From Thermoanaerobaculia bacterium (GTDB lineage Bacteria > Acidobacteriota > Thermoanaerobaculia > Multivoradales > UBA5704), in contig DATHUD010000712.1 of the NCBI GenBank assembly GCA_035462575.1, positions 1 through 53,287 of the forward strand: a stretch of 53,287 nt of DNA, given 5' to 3'. The position numbers and the translations under genes were made by a program. Below, one piece after another: positions 51,089 through 53,287 of the stretch. The notes under the pieces were generated by a model. It was given only the letters and a program-made list of their open reading frames with translations. It made no database searches and had not been told where the DNA came from. The first letter of the stretch is position 1, and every line of letters begins with the position of its first letter.

Positions 51089-53287
51089 ATGGCATCCTGG
51101 GGACGCAGCTTCCGGCTTCACCTGAAGGGCGGCACGGTCGAGCGGGACGTGGACGAGGAGGTCGCGTTCCACATCGAGACCAAGATCGAGGAGCTCATCG
51201 AGGAGGGGATGGCTCCCTCGGCCGCCCGCGAGGAGGCCCTCCGCAGCTTCGGGGACGTGGAGGGGATCAAGCGGTCGTGCCGCGAGATCAGCCACCGCCG
51301 GCAGCGGGGGCGGCGGCGGACGGAGGTGTTCGGCGAGCTCTGGCAGGACGCGGTCTTTGCCGTGCGGCAGCTCCGGAAGACCCCGGGCTTCACCCTGGTC
51401 GCCATCCTCACGCTGGCGCTGGGGATCGGCGCCACGACCGCCATCTTCGGCGGCCTCTATGGAGTGGTGCTGCGGCCCCTTCCGATCCCCCACGCCGAGC
51501 GGCTGGTCTATCTGTGGACAGTCCAGCAGGGAAGCGAGATCTCGGTCTCGCCCGGCAGCTTCCGGCGGTATGAGGAGCGGCTGCGGTCGCTCGAAGACCT
51601 CGCGGCGGCGGCGAACGCCGGGTTCACCCTGACCGGCGGCGAGGTTCCGGAGATGGTCGTGGGCTCCCGCGTGACCTCCCGGTATTTCGACGCCTTCGGC
51701 GTGCGGCCGGCCCTCGGACGGATGTTTTCAGCGGCCGAGGACCGCCCCGGCCGCGAGCGGGTGGTGGTGCTCTCGAACCGCCTCTGGCGGGGGAAGCTCG
51801 GCGCCGACCGCGGCATCGTGGGGCGGAGCATCCCGTTGAACGGCCTCCCCCACACCGTGGTCGGGGTGATGCCCGCGGACTTCGACCAGGCGGAGAGGGC
51901 CCAGCTCTGGGTGCCGCTCGCGCTCACGGCCGAGGACGACACGAACTACGGCCATCGCTACCTCCGCGTGGTGGGCCGGCTGGCTCCGGGCGTTCCGATG
52001 GAGCGGGCGCAGACGGAAGCAGAGGCGATGTCGCGCCAGCTCGAGGAGGTCTCTCCCCAGTTCAACAAGGGGGCCGGGGCCGTGCTGGAGCCCTGGCTGG
52101 ACGGTCTGCTCGGAAGCTTGAAGCAGCGGCTCGTGATCCTTCTGGGCGCGGTCTTCTGCGTGCTCCTGATCGCGTGCGTGAACGTGGCCAACCTGCTGCT
52201 GGCGCGGGGCGCGGCCCGCTCGCGGGAGATCGCCATCCGCGCCTCCCTGGGTGCCGGGCGCGGGCGGATCGTCCGCCAGCTCCTCACCGAAAACCTGGTC
52301 CTGGGCCTCGCCGGCGCGTTGGCGGGCCTCGGGCTCGCGTACGGAATCCTGAAAGGGATCGTGGCCGCGGCCCCCGCGACGATTCCGCGCCTCGATCAGG
52401 TGCGGCTGGACGCGCCGGTGCTCGCCTTCGCCCTGGCGCTCGGGCTCGCGGCGAGCCTGCTCTTCGGGCTCGTCCCCGCGTTCCGGGTGGCGCGGCCGGA
52501 CCTCCAGACCATGCTCAAGGAGGGCGGGCGGAGCTTCGGCACGGGGGGGCCGCGCGACCGCGTCCGCTCCGGGCTCATGGTGGCCGAGGTGGCGCTCGCC
52601 CTCGTGCTCCTGGCGGGCGCCGGCCTTCTCCTGCGCAGCGCGGTGCACCTGGGGCAGGTGGAGCTCGGGTTCGATCCGTCCCGCCTGCTCACGGCGCGGC
52701 TGCTGCTCCACGGCTCCGGAGAGGGCACCGAGGAGAGGGCCGTCCGCACGTTCGAGCGGGCGGTGGAGGAGGTGGGGCGCGTGCCGGGGATCGAGGCGGT
52801 CGCCGGAGCCTCGCTCCTCCCGCTGTCGAGCTCCAATTCGTCCTCGTCCACGGCGATCGAGACCCGCCCCCTGCCGCCCGAGGAGAAGATGAACGCCAAC
52901 CACCGGCTGGTCACGCCCGGCTACTTCCGGACGCTCTCCGTCCCCGTCCTCGCCGGGCGGGACTTCGGCCCCGCCGACCGCGAGGGGGCCTTGCCGGTGG
53001 TCGTCGTCAACCAGACCCTCGCCCGCCAGGCGTGGCCCGGGGAGAGCGCCCTCGGGAAGAGGCTCTCCATGTGGTCGAACGAGGAAGCGCCGGTCTGGCT
53101 CGAGGTCGTGGGCGTCGTGGGGGACATCCGCCAGGGCCAGCTCAGTCAGGACGTGCGGCCCGAGGTCTACTTCCCCCTGGCGCAGGTCCCGCCCTTCCTG
53201 TGGGACGACGAGGACATCACCTTCGCCCTGGTGGCCCGCACGGAAGGCGATCCGGCCGGGCAGGCGGACGGCGTGCGCAAGGCCGTG
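51089..53287 (+). CDS. ADOP-type duplicated MacB-like ABC permease (permease-prefix + MacB_PCD + FtsX), 3'-truncated by the window end
   Basis: Not in the ORF track because no stop is reached. My translation from ATG 51089 begins MASWGRSFRLHLKGGTVERDVDEEVAFHIETKIEELIEEGMAPSAAREEALRSFGDVEGIKRS...AVRQLRKTPGFTLVAILTLALGIGATTAIF. It continues through an FtsX region (VNVANLLLARGAARSREIAIRASLGAGRGRIV) and a second periplasmic domain, open to 53287 (733 codons). Confidence 0.85.
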   Translation, partial: MASWGRSFRLHLKGGTVERDVDEEVAFHIETKIEELIEEGMAPSAAREEALRSFGDVEGIKRSCREISHRRQRGRRRTEVFGELWQDAVFAVRQLRKTPGFTLVAILTLALGIGATTAIFGGLYGVVLRPLPIPHAERLVYLWTVQQGSEISVSPGSFRRYEERLRSLEDLAAAANAGFTLTGGEVPEMVVGSRVTSRYFDAFGVRPALGRMFSAAEDRPGRERVVVLSNRLWRGKLGADRGIVGRSIPLNGLPHTVVGVMPADFDQAERAQLWVPLALTAEDDTNYGHRYLRVVGRLAPGVPMERAQTEAEAMSRQLEEVSPQFNKGAGAVLEPWLDGLLGSLKQRLVILLGAVFCVLLIACVNVANLLLARGAARSREIAIRASLGAGRGRIVRQLLTENLVLGLAGALAGLGLAYGILKGIVAAAPATIPRLDQVRLDAPVLAFALALGLAASLLFGLVPAFRVARPDLQTMLKEGGRSFGTGGPRDRVRSGLMVAEVALALVLLAGAGLLLRSAVHLGQVELGFDPSRLLTARLLLHGSGEGTEERAVRTFERAVEEVGRVPGIEAVAGASLLPLSSSNSSSSTAIETRPLPPEEKMNANHRLVTPGYFRTLSVPVLAGRDFGPADREGALPVVVVNQTLARQAWPGESALGKRLSMWSNEEAPVWLEVVGVVGDIRQGQLSQDVRPEVYFPLAQVPPFLWDDEDITFALVARTEGDPAGQADGVRKAV

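Overview
Very GC-rich bacterial chromosomal segment (GC not computed). A PadR regulator followed by an ADOP-type duplicated MacB-like permease at the right end suggests Acidobacteriota. Most long ORFs in the six-frame track are antisense or out-of-frame shadows of real genes, which is expected at this GC content.

I support about 55 protein genes. No rRNA, tRNA, CRISPR array or transposase was recognised.

Core content, left to right:
- MacA/MacB-type efflux genes, moaB, polA
- osmC-hicB and two tandem Uma2 nuclease paralogs
- sixA-CHAD and spy
- the glycine cleavage operon gcvT-gcvH-gcvP, followed by a membrane protein, larE and larB
- queA, an MFS transporter, and a peptide ABC importer (binding protein plus two permeases)
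- a histidine kinase and hsp20
- the rplU-rpmA-obg-nadD-rsfS block followed by a receiver-less sigma-54 activator
- DUF309 plus an HD-GYP protein, and an M28 peptidase
- a minus-strand thiolase / three-crotonase / amidotransferase / kynureninase-like operon

Accessory content is concentrated at about 43.6-50.7 kb. It holds a signal-peptide reprolysin-like protein that lacks HExxH, then a striking array of 21-bp tandem units that each carry a 17-bp palindrome. Next comes a 988-aa NACHT (STAND) NTPase with a C-terminal FGE/SUMF1-like domain and no recognisable effector domain. A PD-(D/E)xK Rpn-like protein and a two-gene nucleotidyltransferase toxin-antitoxin-like module follow. This stretch is punctuated by three of the five copies of a ~135-160 bp nested-palindrome repeat family seen in the window.

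The repeat array plus the NACHT-FGE gene is my best candidate for an undescribed conflict or defence locus.

Other non-genic signals:
- two opposed, 10-bp-phased heptamer arrays at 33119-33213
- a shared REP-like hairpin at two convergent gene ends
- paired dyad operators in front of padR
- a YwgA/Panacea-like gene sitting in frame with a truncated HslV/proteasome-like ORF
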